From Candidatus Cloacimonadales bacterium (GTDB lineage: Bacteria > Cloacimonadota > Cloacimonadia > Cloacimonadales > JAIOQZ01): DNA of 64,000 bases. The notes under the pieces are model-generated. The model was not told the DNA's origin. It did no database searches and saw only the letters and a list, made by a program, of their open reading frames with translations. The translations under genes were made by a program, and so were the position numbers. This document shows positions 41,532 to 50,513 of this stretch, in pieces. Position 1 is the first letter of the stretch; every line of letters begins with the position of its first letter. Where the stretch lies: NCBI GenBank assembly GCA_963665815.1, contig OY762463.1, positions 384,001 through 448,000 of the forward strand, read 5' to 3'.

Positions 41532-42353
41532 ATGGTCGATTGGCAAAGCCTTTATAATAAAGGTATGGAAATGTTGGTTCAGTATGCCCCCAAAGTTCTT
41601 TTAGGGATTATTACCCTTATATTAGGGTTCTGGATTGTTAAAATTGTGGTAAAACTTACAAAAAAAGCAATGATCAAAGCAAAAGTAGAAGAATCTCTGG
41701 TGGATTTCATCTCGAACCTGGTTGGAATTCTTCTTAAGGTTATGGTTATTATCAGTGTAGCATCAATGCTTGGCGTGAAGATGACCTCTTTCATAGCAAT
41801 ACTTAGTGCTATGGCATTGGCTGTTGGTCTTGCTCTTCAGGGATCTTTAAGCAACTTCTCTGGTGGAGTACTGATTATCATACTTAAACCTTTCAAGCTT
41901 GGCGATTTCATCGAAGCTCAGGGATTTACGGGTATTGTTACATCAATTCAGATTTTCCATACAATCCTCAGAACACCTGATAATAAGACTATCATTATCC
42001 CTAACGGTCCTCTTTCCAATGGTAACATTATGAATTTCACAATGGAAGATAAACGTCGTGTTGATATTACATTCGGTATCGGCTATGATGATGATTTCAG
42101 AAAAGCAAAAGACATTATCATGGATGTAGTTAATAATCACGAAAAAGTTATTAAAGACCCTGCTCCATTTGCCAGAGTCGGTGAACTTGGAGACAGCTCT
42201 GTGAATATTAAAATGAGAATCTGGGCTAAAACTGCTGATTACTGGGATGTATATTTTGATGTAATGGAAACTGTGAAGCTGAAATTTGATGAAAACGATA
42301 TTACTATTCCATATCCTCAGAGAGATGTTCATATTTTCAATCAGAACCAATAA
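41532..42353 (+). CDS. mscS: Small-conductance mechanosensitive channel
   Basis: GLALQGSLSNFSGG, KPFKLGDFI, IIPNG and IPYPQRDVH. Confidence 0.93.
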   Translation: MVDWQSLYNKGMEMLVQYAPKVLLGIITLILGFWIVKIVVKLTKKAMIKAKVEESLVDFISNLVGILLKVMVIISVASMLGVKMTSFIAILSAMALAVGLALQGSLSNFSGGVLIIILKPFKLGDFIEAQGFTGIVTSIQIFHTILRTPDNKTIIIPNGPLSNGNIMNFTMEDKRRVDITFGIGYDDDFRKAKDIIMDVVNNHEKVIKDPAPFARVGELGDSSVNIKMRIWAKTADYWDVYFDVMETVKLKFDENDITIPYPQRDVHIFNQNQ

Positions 42354-42373
42354 ACTGTTATTTAGGAGAAATA

Positions 42374-43126
42374 ATGGCTGACGTAATAGATTATAAGATT
42401 TTTGGAAGCGAAATGCAGCTTGTCGAAATTGAACTTGATCCTGGAGAAGCTGTCAGAGCCGAAGCAGGTGCTATGATGTACATGGATAATTATATCGAAA
42501 TGCAGACCGGTGTTGACGGCGGAGTCTGGAAAGGTTTCAAAAGAATGTTTACAGGTGAGAGTTTCTTCATCACTACATTCTACAATCAGGGAAATACAAA
42601 ACAGAGCGTTGCATTTTCAGCACCTTATCCCGGAAAGATTATTCCGCTTGATTTATCCCGATATCATAATGAGTTTATCTGCCAGAAAGATTCGTTTCTC
42701 TGTGCTGCTAATGGGGTAGACCTTGACATAGCTTTCACCAGAAGACTGGGTGCCGGATTCTTTGGTGGAGAAGGATTTATCCTCCAGCGTCTGACAGGTA
42801 ACGGACTGGCTTTTATCCATGCCGGAGGTACAATCGTAGAACGAGAGTTAATGCCCGGTGAAACATTAAGGGTTGACACAGGATGCATTGTAGGTTTTGA
42901 GGCTTCAGTAAACTATGATATAAAATTCGTCAAAGGAATAACCAATGCACTCTTTGGCGGGGAAGGTCTGTTTTACGCTACTTTGTCCGGACCGGGAAAA
43001 GTATTCTTACAGAGCTTACCATTCTCAAGGCTTGCAGACAGAGTTATGGTTGCTGCTTCCGGCAGAAACAAAGGCGAACAAAAAGGTCTTGGCGGCTTAC
43101 TCGGTGATTTTATCAGCGGGGACTAA
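42374..43126 (+). CDS. TIGR00266/AIM24-family protein
   Basis: AEAGAM, GESFF, CQKDSFL, GGEGF and LQSLPFSRLA. Confidence 0.9.
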   Translation: MADVIDYKIFGSEMQLVEIELDPGEAVRAEAGAMMYMDNYIEMQTGVDGGVWKGFKRMFTGESFFITTFYNQGNTKQSVAFSAPYPGKIIPLDLSRYHNEFICQKDSFLCAANGVDLDIAFTRRLGAGFFGGEGFILQRLTGNGLAFIHAGGTIVERELMPGETLRVDTGCIVGFEASVNYDIKFVKGITNALFGGEGLFYATLSGPGKVFLQSLPFSRLADRVMVAASGRNKGEQKGLGGLLGDFISGD

Positions 43127-43147
43127 GCGAAAAAATAAGGAGCTTTA

Positions 43148-45031
43148 ATGAAATTTCTATCTAAGGAAGAATTACAGAATCTTGAAAAAAAATCTTCCGA
43201 TTTACGTGGTGCTATAATAACTATGACAAGTCTTGCAGCTTCCGGTCATCCGGGAGGCTCAATGTCTTCTCTCGATATGATGCTTGTTGCCTATTCAATG
43301 GCTGACTGTCCGGCTGACGTTCACGAAAAAGGTGATTACGTAGTTGTCAGTAACGGTCACGTATCACCGGCTGTTTACAGTTGTCTCAGTGAAAAAGGTT
43401 TTTTCAACCTTGATGATGCTGTTTCTCAGTTCAGACTTGCAGGAAGTATCTTTGAAGGTCACATAGAACCTGACGTTCCCGGAGTATTACTTGCTTCCGG
43501 TAACCTAGGGCAAGGACTTTCCGCTGCTGTCGGTTTTGGAATCGGTTCCAGACTGCAGAAACAGGATAATCAGATATTTGTTTTCATGGGAGACGGAGAA
43601 CAGCAGAAAGGTCAGATTGGCGAAGCAAGAAGATTTGCAGCAAAATATGATCTCAAAAACATAACAGTATTTGTTGACTTCAATGAACTGCAGATTGGCG
43701 GAGATATCAAAAAGGTTATGCCTCAGAATATCAAAGCTAATTACGAAGCGGACGGATGGTATGTTATCGAAATTGACGGACATAACTACAACGAGATCCA
43801 TGAAGCGATCAAAACTGCAGTTGATATTGAGAAGCCGGTTATGGTGCTTGCCCATACTGTTATGGGTAAAGGTGTTTCCTTTATGGAGAACAAAGAGAAG
43901 TATCATGGTTCGACTCTATCAAGAGAACAGCTTATAGATGCGTTGAAAGAACTTGGTGCAGAAGATAACTGGGATAAGTACATGGAAATGCGTAATGCAT
44001 TTGTACCGGAACAACACAAAAAAACTGAGCATCCTGTTATAAAATTTACTGCGTCAGAACCACAGATTTATGATGCTAAAACAGATAACAGATCTGCCTG
44101 GGGGAATGCAATCAATAACATCGCTAAGGTTAATTGTGAAAACACTAAGTATGTTGTGTTCGATTGTGACCTGGCAGGATCAGTTAAAGTTGACAGCTTT
44201 GCAAAAACATGTCCTGAGAACTTCTTTGAAGCAGGAATTACCGAGCATTCAACAGCTACAATGGCAGGATCTCTGTCTAAAATGGGATTCCATGTTTATT
44301 TTGCAGATTTCGGTGTGTTCGGGGTTGATGAAACATTCAATCAGCATAGACTGAACGATATAAACAACACTAACCTTAAGATAATTACTACTCACGTTGG
44401 TCTGGATGTTGGTGAAGATGGTAAAACACACCAGTGTGTTGACTATCTTGGTCTGATGAGAAATCTCTATGGATTCAAGACTATTGTTCCGGCTGATCCT
44501 AACCAGACTGATCATATTATCAGATACATATCTTCTGTATATGGCAACTTCCTGGTCCCAATGGGAAGAAGCAAACTCCCTGTTGTTAAAAACGCTGAGG
44601 GAAACACTGCTTTTGATGAAAGATATAAGTTTGAGTATGGTAAAGCTGATTTACTTATGGATGGTAAAGATGCAGCTATGTTTGTTATGGGAACAGTTAC
44701 AGGCAGAGCTGTAGAAGCTTGCACAAAACTTGCCGAAGAAGGTATATCCGTACAATTATGGAATATTGCCTGCCCTGAAGATATCGATGTGGAAGCTCTG
44801 AAAAAAGCATCTGAAACAGGTATGATATTTACTTATGAAGATCATAATGTAAATACCGGACTTGGTGCAATTACCGCTGTAGAATTGATGAAGAACAGAT
44901 TGTATCCTGAGCTTCATTGCTTTGGAGTGGAAGGCTATGCACTTTCCGGAAAATCTGATGATGTGTTCAGATACTGCCGACTTGATGCGGAATCAGTTTA
45001 CACAAGAATGAAAGATTTAATAAAGAAATAA
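43148..45031 (+). CDS. tkt: Transketolase (fused single chain)
   Basis: SGHPGGSMS, SNGH, GNLGQG, GDGE TPP-binding motif, GKGVSFME, GITEH and GEDGKTHQ. Confidence 0.92.
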   Translation: MKFLSKEELQNLEKKSSDLRGAIITMTSLAASGHPGGSMSSLDMMLVAYSMADCPADVHEKGDYVVVSNGHVSPAVYSCLSEKGFFNLDDAVSQFRLAGSIFEGHIEPDVPGVLLASGNLGQGLSAAVGFGIGSRLQKQDNQIFVFMGDGEQQKGQIGEARRFAAKYDLKNITVFVDFNELQIGGDIKKVMPQNIKANYEADGWYVIEIDGHNYNEIHEAIKTAVDIEKPVMVLAHTVMGKGVSFMENKEKYHGSTLSREQLIDALKELGAEDNWDKYMEMRNAFVPEQHKKTEHPVIKFTASEPQIYDAKTDNRSAWGNAINNIAKVNCENTKYVVFDCDLAGSVKVDSFAKTCPENFFEAGITEHSTATMAGSLSKMGFHVYFADFGVFGVDETFNQHRLNDINNTNLKIITTHVGLDVGEDGKTHQCVDYLGLMRNLYGFKTIVPADPNQTDHIIRYISSVYGNFLVPMGRSKLPVVKNAEGNTAFDERYKFEYGKADLLMDGKDAAMFVMGTVTGRAVEACTKLAEEGISVQLWNIACPEDIDVEALKKASETGMIFTYEDHNVNTGLGAITAVELMKNRLYPELHCFGVEGYALSGKSDDVFRYCRLDAESVYTRMKDLIKK

Positions 45032-45038
45032 TATGTTT

Positions 45039-45071
45039 AAGGCTGTTGGATAACTCTGACAGCCTTTTTTT
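45039..45071 (+). terminator. Intrinsic terminator
   Basis: aaggctgttgga-taac-tctgacagcctt followed by a T run. Confidence 0.85.
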
Positions 45072-45089
45072 AATGCGTATTGACGTCTG

Positions 45090-45180
45090 TCAACCAGCTT
45101 AACATATTGATATATAATGATATGAACGTTCCCTGAGCGAAGTCGAAGGGAGAATTATTACCAGAAACTACCGAAAATTA
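45090..45180 (+). repeat. Internal fragment of the MITE-like element (copy D, no TIRs)
   Basis: tcaaccagcttaacatattgata...ccctgagcgaagtcgaaggga...aaaatta is collinear with the interior of copy B. Confidence 0.6.
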
Positions 45181-45197
45181 AGAATTGGGGAGACATT

Positions 45198-45830
45198 ATG
45201 AAAGATATTGATAAGACTGAACTTAAAATAGTTGAAGATCCAAAAGACAATACAGATGAAGAACCGATTATTCTTGATGAAAGACTGGAAAGACCAACTT
45301 TCAAAAAGAGGAATCATATTTTGTTTTTGGCATCCCTCTTATGCGTAGTTTCATTGTTTTTCCCATATTTCAAACCGGAAGATACTGCCGGAGTAATGAC
45401 AATCAATTTATCTGTTATGAAGAAAGAAGTGCATGTAATTGATACACCTTCTTTGTTTGTTGTTCTCTGGAAAAACGCTACCGGAAAGGAAGTAGAGAAC
45501 TATCAGCCGAATCTACGTATTATGTTCAAGAGCGAGAATGATTTTCTGAGAGAATCATCCAAGCTGCTGCTGCATTTGTTTCCTCTGCTGATGCTTTACT
45601 ATTTCTTTCAGTTTCTGACTGATACTGTATTATTAAAGCGAATCCGCTTTCTCTTGCCGGAGCTGATCGCTTATTTCTTCACGACACTCTTTGCGTTAAA
45701 GATAAACTATGATAATGATTACTCTGTATTCGATATGTATGGAATCGGAAGTTATCTGGCTGGTGGGGCATTGGTACTGGCAATTATAGCCTATTTTGTG
45801 CATTCTAAAAAAGAAGAGAATCAGTATTAG
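45198..45830 (+). CDS. Hypothetical membrane protein
   Basis: RBS ggggag; acidic N-terminus and about 4 hydrophobic segments. Confidence 0.65.
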   Translation: MKDIDKTELKIVEDPKDNTDEEPIILDERLERPTFKKRNHILFLASLLCVVSLFFPYFKPEDTAGVMTINLSVMKKEVHVIDTPSLFVVLWKNATGKEVENYQPNLRIMFKSENDFLRESSKLLLHLFPLLMLYYFFQFLTDTVLLKRIRFLLPELIAYFFTTLFALKINYDNDYSVFDMYGIGSYLAGGALVLAIIAYFVHSKKEENQY

Positions 45831-45909
45831 CTGATGCATGCATCAGCTCTACAGGTTTGTGCGAACAAGAGAAAGGTTTAACTGTAGAGACGTTGCATGC
45901 AGCGTCTAC
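45828..45909. repeat. REP doublet (REPIN-like) upstream of the RAYT
   Basis: Two GTAG-footed palindromes in opposite orientation: tagctgatgcatgcatcagctctac and gtagagacgttgcatgcagcgtctac. Confidence 0.8.
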
Positions 45910-46002
45910 TAATGAGAAGTACACTATGTGCATCCTCATTAAGAAGAAATTAAACTAAGCATTGCATACAATGTTTTATGTAAAAAAATAAGGATTACAG
46001 GT

Positions 46003-46635
46003 GTGAAGGGAAAGAACACTTTTTACCGTTCTGATACTATCAGACATAAGCATTGGGATTACAGGTCAAATGGAGTCTACTTCATCACAATTTGTACACA
46101 ATGTAGGAAAAACTACTTTGGTAGGATAGATAATGGAGTAATGAATTTATCAAAAGTCGGTATCATTGTAGATTTATGTATCAATGAAGTTCCTTACCAC
46201 GCTAAAGATGTTATGGTTTCAAATTATATAGTGATGCCCAATCATATACATATGTTATTGCAGAAGTCTTCTAACAATGAAAAAATAGCTGATGCATGTA
46301 TCAGCTCTACAGACTTGCCTGAACAGGAAAGGTGTTCAAAAGATGTAGAGACGTTGCATGCAACGTCTACTAATGAACATGATTATAGGACTTTGGCTGT
46401 AGATGTCTATTCAAGAATCTCACCTAAATCAGGATCAATTTCCACAATTGTAAGATCTCTTAAATCAGCAGCATCGAGGCATTCAAACAGATTGGGATTG
46501 AGTTTGAAGTGGCAAAGTGGCTTTTATGACCATATTGTCAGAGACTTAAAAGAACTTGAGATGATCAATGAATATATTACGCAGAATCCTGTAAACTGGA
46601 GTAAAGATGATTATTATAAAGAATATGAAGTATGA
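46003..46635 (+). mobile_element. REP-associated tyrosine transposase (RAYT, IS200-like HUH Y1)
   Basis: YFITIC, IVMPNHIH (HUH), WQSGFYDHIVR and YITQNP. Confidence 0.9.
46286..46370. repeat. Second REP doublet inside the RAYT coding sequence
   Basis: Near-copy of 45828-45909, translated in frame as IADACISST...VETLHATST. Confidence 0.8.
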
Positions 46636-46865
46636 CTTTGGTGTGAGCCCTTATGAATGGTCCCGAGACATTCGCAATGTTGGACTTCCCATAACAAAAT
46701 GTCCGAACCTTGATTTAAAGGATTGAAGGATTTCATGATTCTTTACGTCGCATAAGCGACGTTTGTAGAAGCTAGTGAAAAATTCTCCTCCGATGGAGGA
46801 GTACGTCGAAGACGGGAGGTGGTGTTCCTTAATATTCTCCAAAACATTCTATTCTCGAACCAAAC

Positions 46866-49472
46866 CTAATTATAGTCAGATAAAATCGCTGTATTAGGCA
46901 TGTTTTCTTTTAACCAATCAATATGTGATTTTGGGATGGGGTTGATCTTTATGTCTAATACTCGAAGTTTCTTCAATTTAATGATAGTTTTAGGTAGTTC
47001 CTCTAATTTGTTTCCCATTAAATCAAGTAATTCCAGATTTAACAACCCACCAATTGATTCCGGGAGTTCTGTAAGTTGATTGTTATCTAACCTAAGTAGC
47101 TGAAGGTTAACTAATTTACCAAATGATTCCGGAAGTTCTGTAAGTTGACTATTATATAATAAAAGTTCTTGGAGATTAACTAAATTTCCAATTGATTCAG
47201 GAAGTTTAGTAAGTTGATTGTTATCTAACAAAAGTTCTTTGAGGTTAGCTAAATTTCCAATTGAGTCTGGAAGTTCTGTGAGTTCATTATGGCTTACTTC
47301 AAGTGCTTTCAGATTTATAAGTTTACCAATAATTTCAGGAAGAGTTCCAATTCTGTTAACGCTTAGATCAAGTTTTTCCAATTTCTGTAAATCGCCTATG
47401 GTTTCGGAAAGTAGCTCCAGATCAAAATTAAAAGCAAGATCTAAACCTGAAAGATTAGTGAGAGCAGAAATCCTGTCATCAAGTTTGTAAAACCGTCCTG
47501 AGAAAGTAGAATTCGAGAAATCTGCCCCTTCAAAATTAGTTTCAAGAATCTCATCTCTTACTACAATATTTTTCAAATTACAATTTCTTAAATCCAAACC
47601 ATTAAAATATTCATCACCAAGTAGTTGCAGTATCATTACCGCGTTTCCAGCCTGCCAGTAGTATTCTTCCGGACTGTCAATTTTCCCTTCTGTCGCTGTT
47701 TGCTTCAGTTTATCAATATCTTTTATCTGTTCGCTTATAAACTTAGCAATTTCCTTTGAGATCTGAGCCTTCCCGAAGTTCACAATATTTCCGGATTCAA
47801 TCTCTTTGGTAAAGCTTACTGCAACAAGGTAATCTCTGAAAGACTTGTGGGAGATTCTGAAGTGATTATCCTTCTCACGGGTCATGAAATCAAAGCAGAG
47901 AAATTTATCAAGGTCGTTTTCAATTTGTCCCTGAGTTTTACTCTTATAGTTTTCGTTGTTTTTCATGTGCTCGGAAATTTCTTTAACATCCATGGAAAGT
48001 CTGTCTTCGTTAATATAAAGTTCTACAGCAACTTGCTCTAATAAACTCCTTCTATCAAAGGAATCTGTTTCCAGATAACGATTTTTCTTTGCGACTCTTC
48101 TACATTCAGCATCAATCGCTTCTTTATATAAATCAGAAACTTTAAAATCTCCTGATTTCAATTTGTTTTTTATTTTCTTAAAATATTTACATACCAGATC
48201 AAGGAGAACCGGTCTCTCCATAGTATCTGAAAGCTTCTCTTTCAATTTTTCTGCTTCTTTGGGATTAATCCCGTGCGTAACAAGGAATTGATTAATCTGC
48301 TCATCATTGAATAGCTTTAAGTGCAATATATTTTCTTTGTACTTATCAAATACTTTTCTCAGTTCCTCATCTGTTCTGAAATATTCTTCACGAGTTGTAA
48401 GGATGAATTTAGATTTTTTGCAGTCCTCGACAATCTTCAATATTTTGCTGAAATTAATTCTTTTACTCTCGGTACTATTTCTGATTGCCATTTCATCAAA
48501 GCCATCAAAAACAACAGTAAATTCATCTTTTGCTGCTTTATCAGCAAATTGATCATAATCTAAAGATTTAAGACGCTTCCCTACAAGCTGAGCATTTATG
48601 TAATCTTCAATATCTTCTTCGCGGAACTTGCGGAGTGGAAAAATCATAGGAATTCTGTTATTATTATCCTCAACCTTTAGGTCACATTTCTTATCAAGCA
48701 GCTTACAGGTTAGATTATATTTTATGTAATCGCATAGTGTAGTTTTTCCTGTTCCATACTCACCCATAATAATCAGAAAGTTACTGCTGTTATTATTCAG
48801 CCAGTTGTTAATGTATTTGTAAACAGGGTCATAGTTGACTATATCGTATTTTTCTTCATCTTTTGCGTCAGGTTTCAGATCTACAAGGTTCTTTTTTGGT
48901 TTCATTGTCCTGGCGTTAAGGTCTATATATTTATTATCCTTAATGAATTTATTGTGGAATTTGGCATAATCTATTTCCAGTTTCTTTTCTATCTGATAGT
49001 CGAAGGATTTCTCTATAGAATCCTTTGTTAGTTGTATCATAAAATCATACTGCCGCATTTCAAGAGGAGTTGAAACTTTTGAAAGATAAAATTTGTACTG
49101 TGTATGTATTTCTTCTAATGCGGTAATTATTTCGTCATCTTTATTTTCTGAGTTGTATTCTATATACGTATCATGACATCTGACTGCTTTTAGAAAACTG
49201 GAATTGATTGGATTACTAATATAAGCCCTGACTTGTTCAACAATAAATGGTTCAATGAAAAAGCTTCTAAGAAACCCTGAATCCTGATTAATGCAAAATT
49301 TTATATAAGCATGAATGTATAAACTGTCGAAAGTATTTGATAGCATGTCTATACCTACATCATTTAAAACTTTGACTACTGCATGATTTTCAGATAAGCT
49401 TTTCTTCAGTTTCTTTATTGCCGGTTTTGCTATTAGTCCTGCAGCTGTTGAAAGTACTTTACTTAGTGCCAT
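46866..49472 (-). CDS. NACHT NTPase with short pentapeptide segment and C-terminal LRRs (NLR-like)
   Basis: GEYGTGKTT Walker A, VVFDGFDEM Walker B, ILTTR, RPVLL, HKSFRDYL; NFEGADFS; 23-aa LTELPESIGNLVNLQELLL..NQ repeats. Confidence 0.88.
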   Translation of the reverse strand: MALSKVLSTAAGLIAKPAIKKLKKSLSENHAVVKVLNDVGIDMLSNTFDSLYIHAYIKFCINQDSGFLRSFFIEPFIVEQVRAYISNPINSSFLKAVRCHDTYIEYNSENKDDEIITALEEIHTQYKFYLSKVSTPLEMRQYDFMIQLTKDSIEKSFDYQIEKKLEIDYAKFHNKFIKDNKYIDLNARTMKPKKNLVDLKPDAKDEEKYDIVNYDPVYKYINNWLNNNSSNFLIIMGEYGTGKTTLCDYIKYNLTCKLLDKKCDLKVEDNNNRIPMIFPLRKFREEDIEDYINAQLVGKRLKSLDYDQFADKAAKDEFTVVFDGFDEMAIRNSTESKRINFSKILKIVEDCKKSKFILTTREEYFRTDEELRKVFDKYKENILHLKLFNDEQINQFLVTHGINPKEAEKLKEKLSDTMERPVLLDLVCKYFKKIKNKLKSGDFKVSDLYKEAIDAECRRVAKKNRYLETDSFDRRSLLEQVAVELYINEDRLSMDVKEISEHMKNNENYKSKTQGQIENDLDKFLCFDFMTREKDNHFRISHKSFRDYLVAVSFTKEIESGNIVNFGKAQISKEIAKFISEQIKDIDKLKQTATEGKIDSPEEYYWQAGNAVMILQLLGDEYFNGLDLRNCNLKNIVVRDEILETNFEGADFSNSTFSGRFYKLDDRISALTNLSGLDLAFNFDLELLSETIGDLQKLEKLDLSVNRIGTLPEIIGKLINLKALEVSHNELTELPDSIGNLANLKELLLDNNQLTKLPESIGNLVNLQELLLYNSQLTELPESFGKLVNLQLLRLDNNQLTELPESIGGLLNLELLDLMGNKLEELPKTIIKLKKLRVLDIKINPIPKSHIDWLKENMPNTAILSDYN

Positions 49473-49724
49473 TTGTCACTCCCATTTTATTATGGGCAAA
49501 GTACATATTGTTAATGAGATTATGTCAATGTAATAATTTTCATAGATAATGCAGGTGATGATCTTAAACGGAACAATAATCATTGTTAACAACAAGAGAA
49601 TGCCATTCAGTTAAAATCTCCAAAACTGTTGTCATCAGTTATTCGTGGTTTTAAGATTCGATCAACAAAACTCATGAGAATGAACTGATACCATGACTTC
49701 AGCAGGTTAAAATCATTTTATGTA

Positions 49725-50513
49725 TCACTCCCGCATCCAGTCTTTAAATGCTTTAACCTTACGTTTACTGACAATCACATCCTCTGTATACTCAGGTTGA
49801 ATTTTAAGAACAAGCCTGTTGCTGAAGTAAGGTTCTATTCTGCAGATACAATCAAAAGAAATAATCATTTGGCGGTTAATACGGAAGAATTTGTCCGGAT
49901 CAACTGATGATTCGATATCTGCTATTGTCATGTCAACCATATAGCTGTGTCCTTTTGCTGTCATTATATAGGAAAGCTGATTTTTTGAATAAAAATAAGC
50001 AATATTCTGTACCGGAACAGGACGCATCACAGTACCAATGCTGACAAGAAACCTTTCTTTATATCGTTTTCTTCTGTTTTTCATTGCGTCTATAACAGCT
50101 TTAAAATCTGCTGACAAATCAGATTCAGCAGGTTTGAACAATTTGTCATACTTATTCAGGCTATTCTGCAATTCTTTTTCATCAATTGGTTTAAGAAGAT
50201 AGTCTATACTGTTTACCTTGAAAGCCTGAATAGCATATTCATCAAAAGCGGTAGTAAAGATTATCGGAGAATTAATTTCGGCATGTTCAAAAATACTGAA
50301 ACTTAAGCCATCTGAAAGCTGTATATCGAGAAAAACAAGATCATAATTATCAACTGTATTGAAGAACTTAACGGCACTTTCCACAGAGTCAAGACTTGAA
50401 ATGATTTCTGAGTGGGGAAGAAGCTTGTCTATGATTTTCTTAAGTCTTTCAACTGCATAAAATTCATCTTCTACAATAACTATTCTCATATAATTATCCT
50501 TATTGTATTTCAT
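49725..50513 (-). CDS. LytTR-family response regulator
   Basis: VEDE, FLDIQLSDG, FTTAFDEYA, DYLLKP and FFRINRQ. Probable start 50489. Confidence 0.93.
   Translation of the reverse strand: MKYNKDNYMRIVIVEDEFYAVERLKKIIDKLLPHSEIISSLDSVESAVKFFNTVDNYDLVFLDIQLSDGLSFSIFEHAEINSPIIFTTAFDEYAIQAFKVNSIDYLLKPIDEKELQNSLNKYDKLFKPAESDLSADFKAVIDAMKNRRKRYKERFLVSIGTVMRPVPVQNIAYFYSKNQLSYIMTAKGHSYMVDMTIADIESSVDPDKFFRINRQMIISFDCICRIEPYFSNRLVLKIQPEYTEDVIVSKRKVKAFKDWMRE

Noticed and set aside
47010-47330. 69-nt periodic DNA repeats as a possible CRISPR or VNTR
   Set aside because: They are the coding LRR units; there are no unique spacers.
49595-49700. ccattcag/tcagtt motifs as a second LytTR site
   Set aside because: Spacing is not 21 bp and the match is partial.
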